NCBI GenBank assembly: GCA_036275455.1
Contig: DASUDS010000015.1
Location: forward strand, 1 to 56,871
DNA length: 56,871 nucleotides
Reading direction: 5' to 3'
Origin: Porticoccaceae bacterium
GTDB taxonomy: Bacteria; Pseudomonadota; Gammaproteobacteria; Pseudomonadales; Porticoccaceae
Under the pieces are notes generated by a model. The model saw only the letters and a list, made by a program, of their open reading frames with translations. It was not told the DNA's origin and ran no database searches. A program made the translations under genes and the position numbers. Positions 18,472 to 28,666 of this stretch are shown here, one piece after another. Numbering within the stretch: the first letter of the stretch is position 1; every line of letters begins with the position of its first letter.

Positions 18472-18540
18472 TGTTGCGAAGGGTATTCGCTTAACAGGGT
18501 GTCTCCGGGAGGGCTGGGCAAGTTCAGTGCTGACAGGTGC

Positions 18541-20838
18541 TCAGCCGCGGCCGCGCCGACTCGGGCTCTGGGTATGGAGCAGCCGCTCGATACCCGGGCG
18601 TTGCAGGGCCCGTTGCAGCTCGTGCTTGACGCTGGTCGCATCGGGTAGCGTGCTCAGGCGGGTGGCGAGTTCGGTCATCTCGGCCAGCGTCAGCTGGCGC
18701 AGCACGGCCTTGACCCGCAGCAGGTTGGCGGCACTCATCGACAGCGTCCGATAGCCGAGCCCCACCAGCAGTACGGCGCCCATGGGGTCGCCGGCCAACT
18801 CGCCGCAGACGCTGACCTCGCAGCCCACTGCCTGCGCTTCGCCGACGATGTGGCGCAGCGCCTGCAACAGCGCCGGGTGGTGGCCGTGATAGAGCGCGGC
18901 GACGCGAGGATTGTTGCGGTCCACCGCCAGCAGATACTGGGTGAGGTCGTTGGTGCCCACGGAGAGGAAATCGACCCGCTGCGCCAGCTCCCGCGTCTGA
19001 TAGACCGCGGCCGGCACCTCGATCATCACCCCGACCTGGGGCATCTCGATGCGGTAGCCCTCTTCCACCGTCAGTTCGGTGTAGACCCGCGAGATCAGCG
19101 CCATCGCGCTGTCGACTTCCTCGATGCAGGAGATCATCGGCAGCAGGATGCGCAGATTGTCGAGATCCTCGCTGGCACGCATCATGGCGCGGATCTGCGC
19201 CAGAAAGATTTCCGGGTGGTCGAGGGTGACGCGAATCCCCCGCCAGCCCAGAAAGGGATTTTCCTCGCTGATGGGAAAATAGGGCAGTGCCTTGTCGCCG
19301 CCGATGTCGAGGGTGCGCATGGTCACCGGGCAGGGCGCGTAGATCTGGAGCTGATCCCGGTAGATCTGTCGTTGCTCCTCTTCCGACGGGAAACGCTCGT
19401 GGAGGAAGAACGGAATTTCGGTGCGATAGAGTCCCACGCCGGCGGCGCCCACCTCCAGCGACAGCTTGGTATCGACCCGCAGCCCGGTATTCACCCATAG
19501 CGCGATTTCCTCGCCACTGGCAGTGATGCTGGGTTCGTCGCGGGTGGCGAGCAGATCGGCGGCGAGCACCTGCTCGCGGCGGAGTACCTTCTGGAACGCG
19601 CGCTCGACTTCCCGGGTGGCATCCACCAGGATCTGGCCGATGTGGCCATCGACGATGACGCGCTGACCTTCCAGCTCGGTCCAGGGCAGATCGATCGCAC
19701 CCATCACCGTGGGAATGCCCATGGCGCGCCCGATGATGGCCATGTGCGAGTTGTGCGAGCCGCGCACCGAGACGATGCCGCGGATATGCTCGAAAGGCAC
19801 TGCAGTCAGGTGCGTTGCCGCCAGATCCTCGCCGATCAGGATGGTGTCCTTCGGATAGACCCGTTCCTCCTCGCGTTCGGTCTGCTGCAGGTGTTCCAGC
19901 ACCCGGCGCCCGAGATCGCGCACGTCGGACGCGCGCTCGCGCAGGTATTCGCTTTCCATGCGGCTGAAGGTGCGGATGTGCTCGATGACGACCTGGCTCC
20001 AGGCGCTTTGCGCGGTGAAGCCCTCGTTGATCAGCGCGATCACCTCGCCGCCCAGGGCGCGATCCTCGAGCATGCGCAGGTAGACGTCGAACATCTCCAG
20101 CTCCTCGGCACTGAGGATGCCCCGGAGATCGTTCTTGGCACCGTGAACGTCCTGTTGCGTCTTCTCCAGGGCGCGGCGGAACTGCTCGATCTCTCCCGGG
20201 ACGTCGGCGGTGCGCCGCTTGGGCACCGCATGGAGATCGGCTGGCGAAGACACCACCACCGCGTTGCCGATGCCGATGCCGGGCGCACTGGCGATGCCGG
20301 GATAGACCTTGGATGGCCCGGTGGGCGCCTCCGGCGCGGTGACCCGCACCAGTTCGCCGGTCGCCTCGGCGTGGGCGATGACTCCGGCGAGCTGGGCCGA
20401 CACCGTGATCAGGAAGGCCTCTTCGCTCTCGTCGAAGCGGCGGCGTTCCTGCTGCTGCACCACCAGCACGCCGAGCACCTCGCGCTGGTGGATGATGGGC
20501 GCGCCGAGGAAGGAGCTGAAGCGCTCCTCGCCGGTTTCCGGAAAATAGGCGAAGCGGGGGTGGGTCTCGGCGTGCTCCAGGTTGACCGGCTCGGCGCGGC
20601 TGGCCACCAGGCCTACCAGGCCCTCGTCGGTGGACATGGCCACCTTGCCTACCGACTCGGGCAGCAGGCCGCGGGTGGCGGAGAGAATGTAGCGCTTGCT
20701 GACCGGGTCGAGCAGGTAGATCGAACACATACCGGTGTTCATCGCCGCCTTCACGCGCTCGACGATGATTTCCAGCACGGTGCCGAAATCGGGGGCGGCA
20801 TTGACCTCCTGGACGATCCGGCGCAGCGGTTCGAGCAT
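18541..20838 (-). CDS. ptsP: phosphoenolpyruvate-protein phosphotransferase PtsP (EI-Ntr, GAF domain)
   Basis: [44 protein letters not shown]... is a GAF domain, followed by EI motifs (GGRTSHMAI-like [22 protein letters not shown] and [12 protein letters not shown]). Its ATG overlaps the rppH stop (TGATG). Confidence 0.93.
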   Translation of the reverse strand: MLEPLRRIVQEVNAAPDFGTVLEIIVERVKAAMNTGMCSIYLLDPVSKRYILSATRGLLPESVGKVAMSTDEGLVGLVASRAEPVNLEHAETHPRFAYFPETGEERFSSFLGAPIIHQREVLGVLVVQQQERRRFDESEEAFLITVSAQLAGVIAHAEATGELVRVTAPEAPTGPSKVYPGIASAPGIGIGNAVVVSSPADLHAVPKRRTADVPGEIEQFRRALEKTQQDVHGAKNDLRGILSAEELEMFDVYLRMLEDRALGGEVIALINEGFTAQSAWSQVVIEHIRTFSRMESEYLRERASDVRDLGRRVLEHLQQTEREEERVYPKDTILIGEDLAATHLTAVPFEHIRGIVSVRGSHNSHMAIIGRAMGIPTVMGAIDLPWTELEGQRVIVDGHIGQILVDATREVERAFQKVLRREQVLAADLLATRDEPSITASGEEIALWVNTGLRVDTKLSLEVGAAGVGLYRTEIPFFLHERFPSEEEQRQIYRDQLQIYAPCPVTMRTLDIGGDKALPYFPISEENPFLGWRGIRVTLDHPEIFLAQIRAMMRASEDLDNLRILLPMISCIEEVDSAMALISRVYTELTVEEGYRIEMPQVGVMIEVPAAVYQTRELAQRVDFLSVGTNDLTQYLLAVDRNNPRVAALYHGHHPALLQALRHIVGEAQAVGCEVSVCGELAGDPMGAVLLVGLGYRTLSMSAANLLRVKAVLRQLTLAEMTELATRLSTLPDATSVKHELQRALQRPGIERLLHTQSPSRRGRG

Positions 20839-21347
20839 CAACGGCCCCGGCGCGTGCTGCGGGCCTCGGCGCCAGGCAGCGCCCGGGCGAGTTCCCTGAG
20901 TGCCTGGCGGTACACCTCGCGCTTGAATTCGATCACCTGGCCGACCGGATACCAGTAGCTGACCCAGCGCCAGGCGTCGAATTCCGCCTTGGGGCCGCGA
21001 TCGAAGCGGATATGGTGCTCCTCGCCCACCAGTTGCAGCAGAAACCACTTCTGTTTCTGGCCGACGCAGGGTTTCTCTTCGGAGCGGCGGATGAAGCGGG
21101 CCGGCAACTGGTACTTCAGCCAGCCCTGGGTCTCGGCGAGGATCTCCACGTGGCCGGGTTCGAGACCGACCTCTTCGTGCAACTCGCGGAACAGGGTATC
21201 GCGTGGCGATTCGCCGTGATGGATGCCGCCCTGGGGAAATTGCCAGGCGTTGTGGCCGACCCGCTTGGCCCAGAATACCTGGCCCTCGGCATCGCAGATC
21301 ACGATGCCGACATTGGGGCGATAACCGCTGGCGTCGATGATGTCCAC
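20838..21347 (-). CDS. rppH: RNA pyrophosphohydrolase RppH (NudH)
   Basis: [29 protein letters not shown]...[28 protein letters not shown] contains the Nudix box. The rppH-ptsP pairing is conserved. Confidence 0.93.
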   Translation of the reverse strand: MDIIDASGYRPNVGIVICDAEGQVFWAKRVGHNAWQFPQGGIHHGESPRDTLFRELHEEVGLEPGHVEILAETQGWLKYQLPARFIRRSEEKPCVGQKQKWFLLQLVGEEHHIRFDRGPKAEFDAWRWVSYWYPVGQVIEFKREVYRQALRELARALPGAEARSTRRGR

Positions 21348-21521
21348 GGTGATGGCCCGTCACTCCGGCATGGGGAAGTCGTTCGGTATTGTTCCACAGT
21401 TCCGAACCGCCACCAATTGGCGGCCCGCCGCTTTGTGGCCCGCCAGCTTGGCTGGCCTGGATCGGGCGCGGCCGCGATAATGCCCTCCGGTCGGGGAGCC
21501 GCAGTCGATCCGGGAGAGGCG

Positions 21522-22862
21522 ATGACGATGAAAACTGGCGGGCGTGTGGGCTTTGTCAGCCTGGGCTGCCCCAAGGCGCTGGTGGACTCTGAGCGCATTC
21601 TGACCCAGCTGCGGCTGGAGGGCTACGAAGTCTCGCCCACCTACGACGGGGCCGACGTGGTGGTGGTCAACACCTGTGGCTTCATCGACAGCGCCAAACA
21701 GGAATCCCTGGAGGCGATCGGCGAGGCGCTGGCCGAGAACGGCCGGGTGATCGTCACCGGCTGCATGGGCGGCGACGAGGCGGCGATTCGCGCCGCGCAT
21801 CCGGGCGTGCTGGCGGTGACCGGGCCGCATCAGTACGAACAGGTGGTCGCCGCGGTTCACCAATGGGCGCCGGCGCCGGCCGCGCACGATCCATTCGTCG
21901 ATCTGGTGCCGCCCCAAGGCATCAAGTTGACGCCCCGGCACTATGCTTACCTGAAGATAGCCGAGGGCTGCAATCACAAATGCACCTTCTGCATCATTCC
22001 CGACCTGCGCGGCCGCCTGGTGAGCCGGCCGGTGGGCGAAGTGCTCGACGAAGCCGAACGGCTGGTCAAGTCCGGGGTGCGCGAACTGCTGGTGATTTCC
22101 CAGGACACCAGTGCCTACGGCGTCGATATCAAGTACCGCACCGGGTTCTGGCAGGGCCGCCCGCTGAAAAGCAACCTGCTCGAGCTCTGTCAGGCGCTGG
22201 GCGATCTGGGCGCCTGGGTGCGCCTGCACTACATCTATCCCTATCCGCACGTGGATGCGCTGATCCCGCTGATGGCCCAGGGCCGCATCCTGCCCTACCT
22301 CGACATTCCCTTTCAGCACGCCAGCCCCGGGGTGCTCAAGGCGATGCAGCGGCCGGCCCACCAGGAGCGCACCTTGGAGCGGATCCGCGCCTGGCGCGAG
22401 CAGTGCCCTGATCTGGTGTTGCGCAGCACCTTCATCGTCGGTTTTCCCGGCGAGACCGATGCCGATTTCGAGCTGCTGCTGGACTGGCTGCACGAAGCCC
22501 AGCTCGACCGCGTGGGTTGCTTCCGCTACGAAGCGGTGGCCGGAGCCCGCGCCAATGCATTGCCCGGCGCGGTGCCCGAGGCGGTGAAGGAGGAGCGCTG
22601 GCACCGGCTGATGGCCGCCCAGCAGGAAATCAGCGCGGCGCGTCTCCAGCGCCGGGTCGGCCGGGTGCTCGATGTGCTGATCGACGGCCGCGACGAGGAT
22701 GGCGTGGTGGGCCACTCCGCCGCCGACGCGCCGGACATCGACGGCCTGGTTCACGTCGAGATTCCCACCGGCATGGCGACGCCAGCACCGGGAGACCGGG
22801 TATCGGTATTGATTGAAGACGCCGACGACTACGATCTGTTCGGGAGGCTGGCAACGGATTGA
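21522..22862 (+). CDS. rimO: ribosomal protein S12 methylthiotransferase RimO
   Basis: [37 protein letters not shown]...[14 protein letters not shown] (radical SAM CxxxCxxC)...TRAM domain. The ATG at 21522 follows gggagagg. Confidence 0.93.
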   Translation: MTMKTGGRVGFVSLGCPKALVDSERILTQLRLEGYEVSPTYDGADVVVVNTCGFIDSAKQESLEAIGEALAENGRVIVTGCMGGDEAAIRAAHPGVLAVTGPHQYEQVVAAVHQWAPAPAAHDPFVDLVPPQGIKLTPRHYAYLKIAEGCNHKCTFCIIPDLRGRLVSRPVGEVLDEAERLVKSGVRELLVISQDTSAYGVDIKYRTGFWQGRPLKSNLLELCQALGDLGAWVRLHYIYPYPHVDALIPLMAQGRILPYLDIPFQHASPGVLKAMQRPAHQERTLERIRAWREQCPDLVLRSTFIVGFPGETDADFELLLDWLHEAQLDRVGCFRYEAVAGARANALPGAVPEAVKEERWHRLMAAQQEISAARLQRRVGRVLDVLIDGRDEDGVVGHSAADAPDIDGLVHVEIPTGMATPAPGDRVSVLIEDADDYDLFGRLATD

Positions 22863-22937
22863 AAGGCGGCGAAAATGCGGTTCGGTCCCAGGGTCCGCTG
22901 GCCCTGACCGGGGGCAGGCATGACTTGCATGTCTGCC

Positions 22938-22985
22938 GTGTGGGCAAGGCCTTGTGCGCGCAAGGCCGTGTGTGAGCAAGGCCGT
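22938..22985. repeat. 16-nt x3 tandem repeat in the rimO/DUF1820 spacer
   Basis: gtgtgggcaaggcctt / gtgcgcgcaaggccgt / gtgtgagcaaggccgt. Confidence 0.7.
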
Positions 22986-23092
22986 GCGCCAGTGCCTATT
23001 GGCCGACCGGCTGTCGCCGGCAAGCGGTTGAAATTCCGGGCCCAGACCCCATTGTGCTAAGCTGCCGCCAGTAACCCCGAAGGCCGCCGGGC

Positions 23093-23434
23093 ATGTCCAA
23101 CGAACCCATCTATCGGATCATCTTCTTCAACCAGGGTCAGGTCTACGAGATCTACAGCCGCTACGTCTATCAGAGCGATCTGATGGGCTTTCTCGAGGTC
23201 GAGGAGTTCGTGTTCGGCGAGAAATCTCAGATGATCGTCGATCCGGCTGAAGAAAAGCTGAAATCCGAGTTTTCCGGGGTCAAGCGCAGCTTCATCCCGA
23301 TGCACGCCATCGTGCGCGTGGACGAAGTGGAGAAGGAAGGGGTCTGCAAGGTCAGCGACGCACGCGGCAGCAACGTCATGGCCTTCCCGCATTTCCCGTC
23401 GGTGTCCGGCCGAACCACCAAGACGGATTCCTGA
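23093..23434 (+). CDS. DUF1820-family protein
   Basis: MSNEPIYRIIFFNQGQVYEIYSRYVYQSDLMGFLEVEEFVFGE...KRSFIPMHAIVRVDEVEKEG matches the conserved gammaproteobacterial DUF1820 pattern as I recall it. Confidence 0.75.
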   Translation: MSNEPIYRIIFFNQGQVYEIYSRYVYQSDLMGFLEVEEFVFGEKSQMIVDPAEEKLKSEFSGVKRSFIPMHAIVRVDEVEKEGVCKVSDARGSNVMAFPHFPSVSGRTTKTDS

Positions 23435-23507
23435 TTCGCGGGCGGAGCGTCTGCCAAGGGAGTACGCGGAGCGGTTGGCCGGCACCTCGATAGCCAAGGA
23501 GGTGCCC

Positions 23508-23777
23508 GTGAAAGTGGGTCTGGTGATCGGCACGCTGGTGCTGCTGTACGTCTTTTATCCCACCCATGAAGCGCTGTCCCGAACGGGATCGGACGCCGCC
23601 TGGATCGCCGGCGACCGAACCTACTGGTCCCTGGCGGACTGTCGCAATGCCGGGCGGGCGCTCGCCCAAGGCGAATGGCGCTGCCGCAAGAACAACCCCT
23701 GGCATCTCCTGTTTCGCACCGGGACGCGCTACGACCCCGACATCAACGCCAGCCAGCGGGAGCTCGATGGTGGGTGA
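23508..23777 (+). CDS. hypothetical small membrane-anchored protein
   Basis: The GTG at 23508 lies 5 nt after AAGGAGG. It begins VKVGLVIGTLVLLYVFYP (one TM segment) and continues with a soluble roughly 65-aa part containing two Cys. It overlaps the next gene by 11 nt. I recognise no family. Confidence 0.5.
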   Translation: MKVGLVIGTLVLLYVFYPTHEALSRTGSDAAWIAGDRTYWSLADCRNAGRALAQGEWRCRKNNPWHLLFRTGTRYDPDINASQRELDGG

Positions 23778-24303
23778 GCGCGATCCGGCGGTCTCGCCAC
23801 TCGCGGGTGAGCTGGTGGCGATCCACATTGCGCCAGAGCGGGGCGCGCTGCCGGTGGCGGTCGTGGCCGCCGAAGCCGTGGCCGGCCGTGGACTGACAGG
23901 GGATCGCTACTACCATGGCTCCGGGACCTGGTCGCAGTGGCCGGGCACCGGTCGCGCGGTGACGCTGATCGCTGCGGAGATACTGGAACAATTGCCCGCT
24001 GGCTGGCGCATCAGCGCCGCCGAATCGCGACGCAATCTGCTCACCCGCGGCGTCGATCTCGATACCCTGCTGGGACGCGAGTTTCGCATCGGCAGCGCCT
24101 GGTTCCTGGGGCAGCGCCGGTGCGAACCCTGCGCGCATCTGGAGCGATTGACGCGGCCGGGGATCGCCGCCCAGCTGGAGGGGCGCGGCGGATTGCGTGC
24201 CGAGGTGCTGTGCGGTGGTTGGCTGCGCGTGGGGGATGCCGTGGTCGTCGGCGAATTTCCGGTGCCAGCGGAGGCGGATGAGGAGCGGTGCAATGGCGAT
24301 TGA
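23767..24303 (+). CDS. MOSC domain-containing protein
   Basis: MVGERDP...VAIHIAPERGALP...GLTGDRYYHGSG...RRNLLTRGVDLDTLLGREFRIG...GQRRCEPCAHLERL is MOSC/YiiM-like. Confidence 0.82.
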   Translation: MVGERDPAVSPLAGELVAIHIAPERGALPVAVVAAEAVAGRGLTGDRYYHGSGTWSQWPGTGRAVTLIAAEILEQLPAGWRISAAESRRNLLTRGVDLDTLLGREFRIGSAWFLGQRRCEPCAHLERLTRPGIAAQLEGRGGLRAEVLCGGWLRVGDAVVVGEFPVPAEADEERCNGD

Positions 24304-24736
24304 AGCCACCAGGATTCGCGGCGCCTGTCTGTGCGGCGCGGTTGCCTTCGCGGTCTGGGGGCCGTTCGAGCGCTTCGTGCTCTGTCATTGCTCCCGCTGC
24401 CGCAAGGCCACCGCCTCGGCCCACGCCGCCAATCTGTTCACCGCGCCGGACCATGTCGAATGGCTCCATGGGGTGGATTTGATCCGCCGCTACCAGGTGC
24501 TGGAAGCGCGCAGTTTTGCCAAGTGTTTCTGCATTCAGTGCGGCTCGGCGCTGCCCTATGTCAGCCGCAATGGTGCCCACCTGATCGTGCCCGCGGGGGT
24601 GCTGGATGAGGATCTCGGCATTGCCCCGGACCGGCAGATCTTCTGGGCCAGCCGCGCCTGCTGGTACGAGGCGGGGCTCGCGGTGCCGCGCTTTGCCGAA
24701 TATCCGCCGGAGGGCTGGCTCCCCGACGCCGAATAA
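24293..24736 (+). CDS. GFA-family (CENP-V/glutathione-dependent formaldehyde-activating-like) zinc protein
   Basis: MAIEATRIRGACLCGAVAFAV...CHCSRCRKATASAHA...CIQCGSALP shows the GFA Cys pattern. Confidence 0.85.
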   Translation: MAIEATRIRGACLCGAVAFAVWGPFERFVLCHCSRCRKATASAHAANLFTAPDHVEWLHGVDLIRRYQVLEARSFAKCFCIQCGSALPYVSRNGAHLIVPAGVLDEDLGIAPDRQIFWASRACWYEAGLAVPRFAEYPPEGWLPDAE

Positions 24737-24752
24737 TGATGGTGTCGGCGGC

Positions 24753-25616
24753 TCAGGCCCAGTGCCTCAACATGTCCCGCAGCGCGTCGATGAACGCCAG
24801 GGGTTCGTCCAGGAAGACGTGGTGGGCGGCACCGGGAAGGGTGCGAAACGGTGACCCGCGCGGAGCCACGTACTGGATATAGGCGAGATCTTCCTCGGTG
24901 ACGGAAGCGCTCAGGGCGCCGTGGATCATGCCGAAGCCGGTGGTGAGGCCCAGCAGCGCATCGGTCTGATCCTCGAAACGAAAGCGATCGAGCAGTGCCG
25001 CATCGGCCTTCAGCTCCCAGCCCTCGGCCGTCTGCCGCACCGAGTGGCGGGCGATGTGGTCGAGCAGGAACTGGTTGGCGCAGCGCTGGGGCGGCACGAC
25101 CCGAAAGCCCGTGATTGCGCTCGCCTCGTCCGGGTAGATCGTATGGGGCAGAAAGCCGCTGGTGCCGCGTGGTCGGTGCTCGCCGGGTGGCGATACCAGC
25201 CGGGCATCCACCGAGATCATGGCCTTGATCCGCTCGGGGTGGGCGGCGGCGGTGCGCAGCGCGATGCCGCCGCCGAAGCTGTGGCCGACCACCACCAGGT
25301 CGTTGCCGATGCCGGCGCCAGCGGCGACCGCCAGCACTTCGCGCGCGTAGGTGTCGAGGTCATAGCGCTCGCGATGGCCGCTGTCACCGGCACCCGAGCA
25401 GTCGAGCGCCATCACCCGGTGGTCGACGGCAAAGGCCGGGGCGATGAAATCCCACCAGTGGCTGTTGGCGCTGTAACCGTGGATCAGCAGCAGTCCGGGT
25501 CGACCGACTTCGCCCCAGCAGCGATAGGCGATCGCGCAGCCATCCACTGCGACCGAGTGCTCGGTCGCAGTGTGGGCGATGGCGGCGTCGAACCAGATCG
25601 GCTGCTCGGTGCTCAT
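24753..25616 (-). CDS. alpha/beta-fold hydrolase
   Basis: 287 aa with the nucleophile elbow VVVGHSFGGGIAL and HG oxyanion motif LLLIHGYS. Confidence 0.88.
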   Translation of the reverse strand: MSTEQPIWFDAAIAHTATEHSVAVDGCAIAYRCWGEVGRPGLLLIHGYSANSHWWDFIAPAFAVDHRVMALDCSGAGDSGHRERYDLDTYAREVLAVAAGAGIGNDLVVVGHSFGGGIALRTAAAHPERIKAMISVDARLVSPPGEHRPRGTSGFLPHTIYPDEASAITGFRVVPPQRCANQFLLDHIARHSVRQTAEGWELKADAALLDRFRFEDQTDALLGLTTGFGMIHGALSASVTEEDLAYIQYVAPRGSPFRTLPGAAHHVFLDEPLAFIDALRDMLRHWA

Positions 25617-25635
25617 CGGGCATGCCTCGAAACTG

Positions 25636-25685
25636 TGGCTGTCAGAGCAGCAGCTTTCAGAACGGCAGCTGTCAGAACAGTAGCT
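25636..25685. repeat. 15-nt x3 tandem copies of the MAPEG gene 3' end including the stop codon
   Basis: On the minus strand: ctactgttcTGAcag / ctgccgttcTGAaag / ctgctgctcTGAcag. The plus-strand tca triplets are at 25672, 25657 and 25642, all in one frame. Confidence 0.85.
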
Positions 25686-26079
25686 GATAGGCGTAGCAGG
25701 CCATCAGCAGCACCTGCGCGAAGAAGAAGGTGGCGCGGACCCAGACCATCGCCGGGCTGGTGGAAATGATGTGGGCCACCGACTGGCCGATGCGCGCATA
25801 GAGCACATACATCACCGTGCCTTCCATTACCGCGAGCGGGCCGGAGAGCCCGGCGGCGGCCACCAGCGCGGCGAACGCCGGCAGGTTTTCCACGCAGTTC
25901 ATGTGCGCACGGGTGATGCGGTGGCCGAACCCGGGCAAGTCTTCGCCAGTCGGGGAGAATTTGTTGATGGGGATCTTGGCGCCGCCGAACAGATTGGCCA
26001 TGCGATTGGCGGCCATGACCAGCGTGAGCAGCAGGGTCCAGCCGGCGAATCCGGCGAGTGCGTAGTAGGCGGGGTTCAT
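25672..26079 (-). CDS. MAPEG-family membrane protein
   Basis: The internal ATG at 26079 gives MNPAYYALAGFAGWTLLLTLVMAANR...ITRAHMNCVENLPAFAALV..., 135 aa with 3-4 TM segments. The upstream part of ORF 25672..26235 has no support. Confidence 0.78.
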   Translation of the reverse strand: MNPAYYALAGFAGWTLLLTLVMAANRMANLFGGAKIPINKFSPTGEDLPGFGHRITRAHMNCVENLPAFAALVAAAGLSGPLAVMEGTVMYVLYARIGQSVAHIISTSPAMVWVRATFFFAQVLLMACYAYQLLF

Positions 26080-26143
26080 GCTAGGTTTCCCTTCGTGGTT
26101 GTTATGGGAACCGCGATGGTAACCCCGCTGTTGTGGAGCGTAA

Positions 26144-26746
26144 ATGTCTAATTCGATGAAGCCCGATTCCCTGGAGCAACCGCTGTTTCCCCTCCAGCGT
26201 CTGGTATTCCCCGGCGTTGCCATCCCCATGCGCATCTTCGAGCAGCGCTACCTGCGCCTGGTGCGCGACACCCTGGCGGCCGACGGCGGCTTTGGCGTGG
26301 TGCCGATTCTCGCCGGGCGCGAGGTCGGTGCCACGCCGAGCATCGCTCCGCTGGGCACCTGGGTGCGGATCGTGGACTGGTCCACGCTGCCTGGCGGTCT
26401 GTTGGGCATCGAGATTCGCGGCGAGCGGCGCCTGCGCGTCGGTGCCACCCGCATCGAGGCCGATGGTCTGATGCGGGGCGAGGTGACGCAGCTGGCCCCG
26501 GAGGTGCCGCTGCCGCTGGCCGAGGACGATGCCGACCTCGTGGCCCTGCTGGGCGAACTGGCCCGCGAGCTGGGCGTCGCCGAGCGCTATCTCGACGCTG
26601 CCCTCGACGGCAGCCAGCTCGCCTGGCGGCTCGCCGATCTGCTGCCGGTACCCTTGGCGAGCAAGATCGCGCTGCTGGAGCTGGACGATCCCGCCGCGCG
26701 GCTCGCCCTAGTGCGGCGCTGGGTGTGGCAGATGGCCCACCGCTGA
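26144..26746 (+). CDS. LON-peptidase substrate-binding (Lon N-terminal) domain protein
   Basis: ...QPLFPLQRLVFPGVAIPMRIFEQRYLRLVRD... is a stand-alone Lon N-domain protein of about 200 aa. The start could instead be the ATG at 26156. Confidence 0.8.
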   Translation: MSNSMKPDSLEQPLFPLQRLVFPGVAIPMRIFEQRYLRLVRDTLAADGGFGVVPILAGREVGATPSIAPLGTWVRIVDWSTLPGGLLGIEIRGERRLRVGATRIEADGLMRGEVTQLAPEVPLPLAEDDADLVALLGELARELGVAERYLDAALDGSQLAWRLADLLPVPLASKIALLELDDPAARLALVRRWVWQMAHR

Positions 26747-26763
26747 GCGCCTGCGACGGGTGC

Positions 26764-27219
26764 TTACTGCTCGCGACCCTTCAGCATGCGCAGCGGGTTG
26801 TAGGTCAGCACTTCCTCGCCATTCTGGTTGAGCACCCGGTTGAAGGTGCGTACGAGGCCGCGGTTGCCTTTGCTGGTCTGCCGCACTTCGACGACTTCGA
26901 CCTCGACGTGGATGGTGTCGCCGGCAAAGCAGGGCCGCTTGATGTCCAGTTCCATGTTGAGAAAGGCCATCCCGGTGCCCTGCATGCTCGGCAGCAGCAG
27001 GCCCTCGGCGAAGCTGTAGACCAGGGCGCCCGGCGCGAACGGGCGTTTGATTACCGATTTTTCGCGCAGGAATTCGCGATCGCTGAACACCACTTCGTGG
27101 AGGCCGATCAGGTTGATGAAGTTGGCGATGTCGGCTTCCAGCACCGTGCGGCCCCAGGTACGGAAGCGGTCGCCCGGTTGCAGATCCTGCCAATAGAAAC
27201 CCGTGCCCAGTTGACGCAT
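26764..27219 (-). CDS. MaoC-family dehydratase (hotdog fold)
   Basis: MRQLGTGFYWQDLQPGDRFRTWGRTVLEADIANFINLIGLHEVVFSD...GDTIHVEVEVVEVR. The start is the internal ATG at 27219. Confidence 0.82.
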   Translation of the reverse strand: MRQLGTGFYWQDLQPGDRFRTWGRTVLEADIANFINLIGLHEVVFSDREFLREKSVIKRPFAPGALVYSFAEGLLLPSMQGTGMAFLNMELDIKRPCFAGDTIHVEVEVVEVRQTSKGNRGLVRTFNRVLNQNGEEVLTYNPLRMLKGREQ

Positions 27220-27246
27220 GAAAATGGCCCCAAAAAGTGTGGAGCC

Positions 27247-27316
27247 GCGATGGTGCGGCAATCTACCGGGTGCGGCAATCCACCGGATGCGGCAATCCAC
27301 TGGATGCTGCAAAGGG
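27247..27316. repeat. 17-nt x4 tandem repeat in the divergent MaoC/proA spacer
   Basis: cgcgatggtgcggcaatcta / ccgggtgcggcaatcca / ccggatgcggcaatcca / ctggatgctgcaaaggg. Confidence 0.8.
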
Positions 27317-27407
27317 ACGGCCGGCCAAAGCGGCGGCCGGTATCAAGGGGTGGTCTGTATAATGAAGCGCTACACGGCATAGCGTCGGTATGACGCCGAG
27401 GTTGAGG

Positions 27408-28664
27408 ATGGATATCGTGTCCTACATGCGCGATCTGGGGCGGCAGGCACGCCAGGCGGCACGGGTAGTGGCGGCCGCCGGCAGCCGCGAGAAGGACGCC
27501 GCGCTCGCCGCTATCGCCGCGGCGCTCGACGCGCAGCGGAAGGAACTGGCAGCCGCCAACGCGCGGGATCTGCAAGCCGGGCGGGACAGCGGCCTCGATG
27601 CGGCGCAACTGGATCGCCTCGCACTCACTCCGGCGCGCATCGACGCCATGATCGAGGGTCTGCGCCAGGTGCTGGCGCTGGCCGACCCGGTGGGCGAGAT
27701 CACCGGGCTCAGCTACCGGCCGAGTGGCATCCAGGTCGGCCGCATGCGGGTGCCGCTGGGGGTGATCGGCATCATCTACGAATCGCGGCCCAATGTGACG
27801 GTCGATGCCGCTAGCCTGTGCCTCAAATCCGGCAACGCCTGCATCCTGCGCGGCGGCAGCGAATCGCTGCACTCCAACGGCGCCATCGCCGCCTGTATCC
27901 AGCGCGGGCTGGCGGATGCGGGCCTGCCGGCCGCCGCCGTGCAGGTGGTCGAGACCCCGGACCGGGCTGCGGTGGGCGAGCTGATCGCCATGCCCGAATT
28001 CGTCGACGTGATCGTGCCGCGTGGCGGCAAGAGTCTGATCGAGCGCATCAGCGCCGAGGCGCGGGTGCCGGTGATCAAGCACCTGGATGGCGTCTGCCAC
28101 GTCTATGTCGACGAGCGCGCCGATCTCGACAAGGCCTTCGCCATCGCCCTCAATGCCAAGACCCACCGTTACGGCGTATGCAACGCCATGGAGACGCTGC
28201 TCGTCGCCGAGCCGGTGGCCGCGACGCTGCTGCCGCGCCTCGCCGCGGCCTACGCCGCCGCTGGGGTCGAGCTGCGCGGCTGCGCGCGCACCCAGGCGCT
28301 GGTGGCCGAGTGCCGGCCCGCCAGCGAGGATGACTGGTACGCGGAGTATCTGGCGCCGATCCTGGCGGTGCGCGTGGTGCCCGATCTCGATGCGGCGATC
28401 GACCACATCGGCCGCTACGGTTCCGCGCATACCGATGCCATCGTCACCGAGGACTATTCACGCGCGCGGCGCTTTCTGCGCGAGGTGGATTCCAGCTCGG
28501 TGATGGTCAATGCCTCCACCCGCTTTGCCGACGGCTTCGAATACGGCCTTGGCGCGGAGATCGGCATTTCCACCGACAAGCTCCATGCCCGTGGACCGGT
28601 TGGCCTCGAAGGGCTGACCAGCCAGAAGTTCGTGGTGCTGGGCGACGGCCAGGTGCGCGGCTGA
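27408..28664 (+). CDS. proA: glutamate-5-semialdehyde dehydrogenase (gamma-glutamyl phosphate reductase) ProA
   Basis: [20 protein letters not shown]...[35 protein letters not shown]...[18 protein letters not shown] is canonical ProA. The ORF track starts 6 codons earlier, at 27390. Confidence 0.93.
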   Translation: MDIVSYMRDLGRQARQAARVVAAAGSREKDAALAAIAAALDAQRKELAAANARDLQAGRDSGLDAAQLDRLALTPARIDAMIEGLRQVLALADPVGEITGLSYRPSGIQVGRMRVPLGVIGIIYESRPNVTVDAASLCLKSGNACILRGGSESLHSNGAIAACIQRGLADAGLPAAAVQVVETPDRAAVGELIAMPEFVDVIVPRGGKSLIERISAEARVPVIKHLDGVCHVYVDERADLDKAFAIALNAKTHRYGVCNAMETLLVAEPVAATLLPRLAAAYAAAGVELRGCARTQALVAECRPASEDDWYAEYLAPILAVRVVPDLDAAIDHIGRYGSAHTDAIVTEDYSRARRFLREVDSSSVMVNASTRFADGFEYGLGAEIGISTDKLHARGPVGLEGLTSQKFVVLGDGQVRG

Positions 28665-28666
28665 GC

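Noticed and set aside
18541-21363. A 940-aa version of ptsP that extends through rppH, plus alternative-frame ORF 18524..20728.
   Set aside because: The upstream 175 codons are Arg/Pro-rich and overlap the well-supported rppH gene in another frame. The GAF-domain N-terminus begins at the ATG at 20838, which overlaps the rppH stop in the usual rppH-ptsP arrangement.
22862-23093. A possible sRNA or promoter (ttgaaa at about 23026) in the 231-nt rimO/DUF1820 spacer.
   Set aside because: I could find no convincing -10 at proper spacing, no terminator and no conserved structure. Only the 16-nt x3 repeat is solid.
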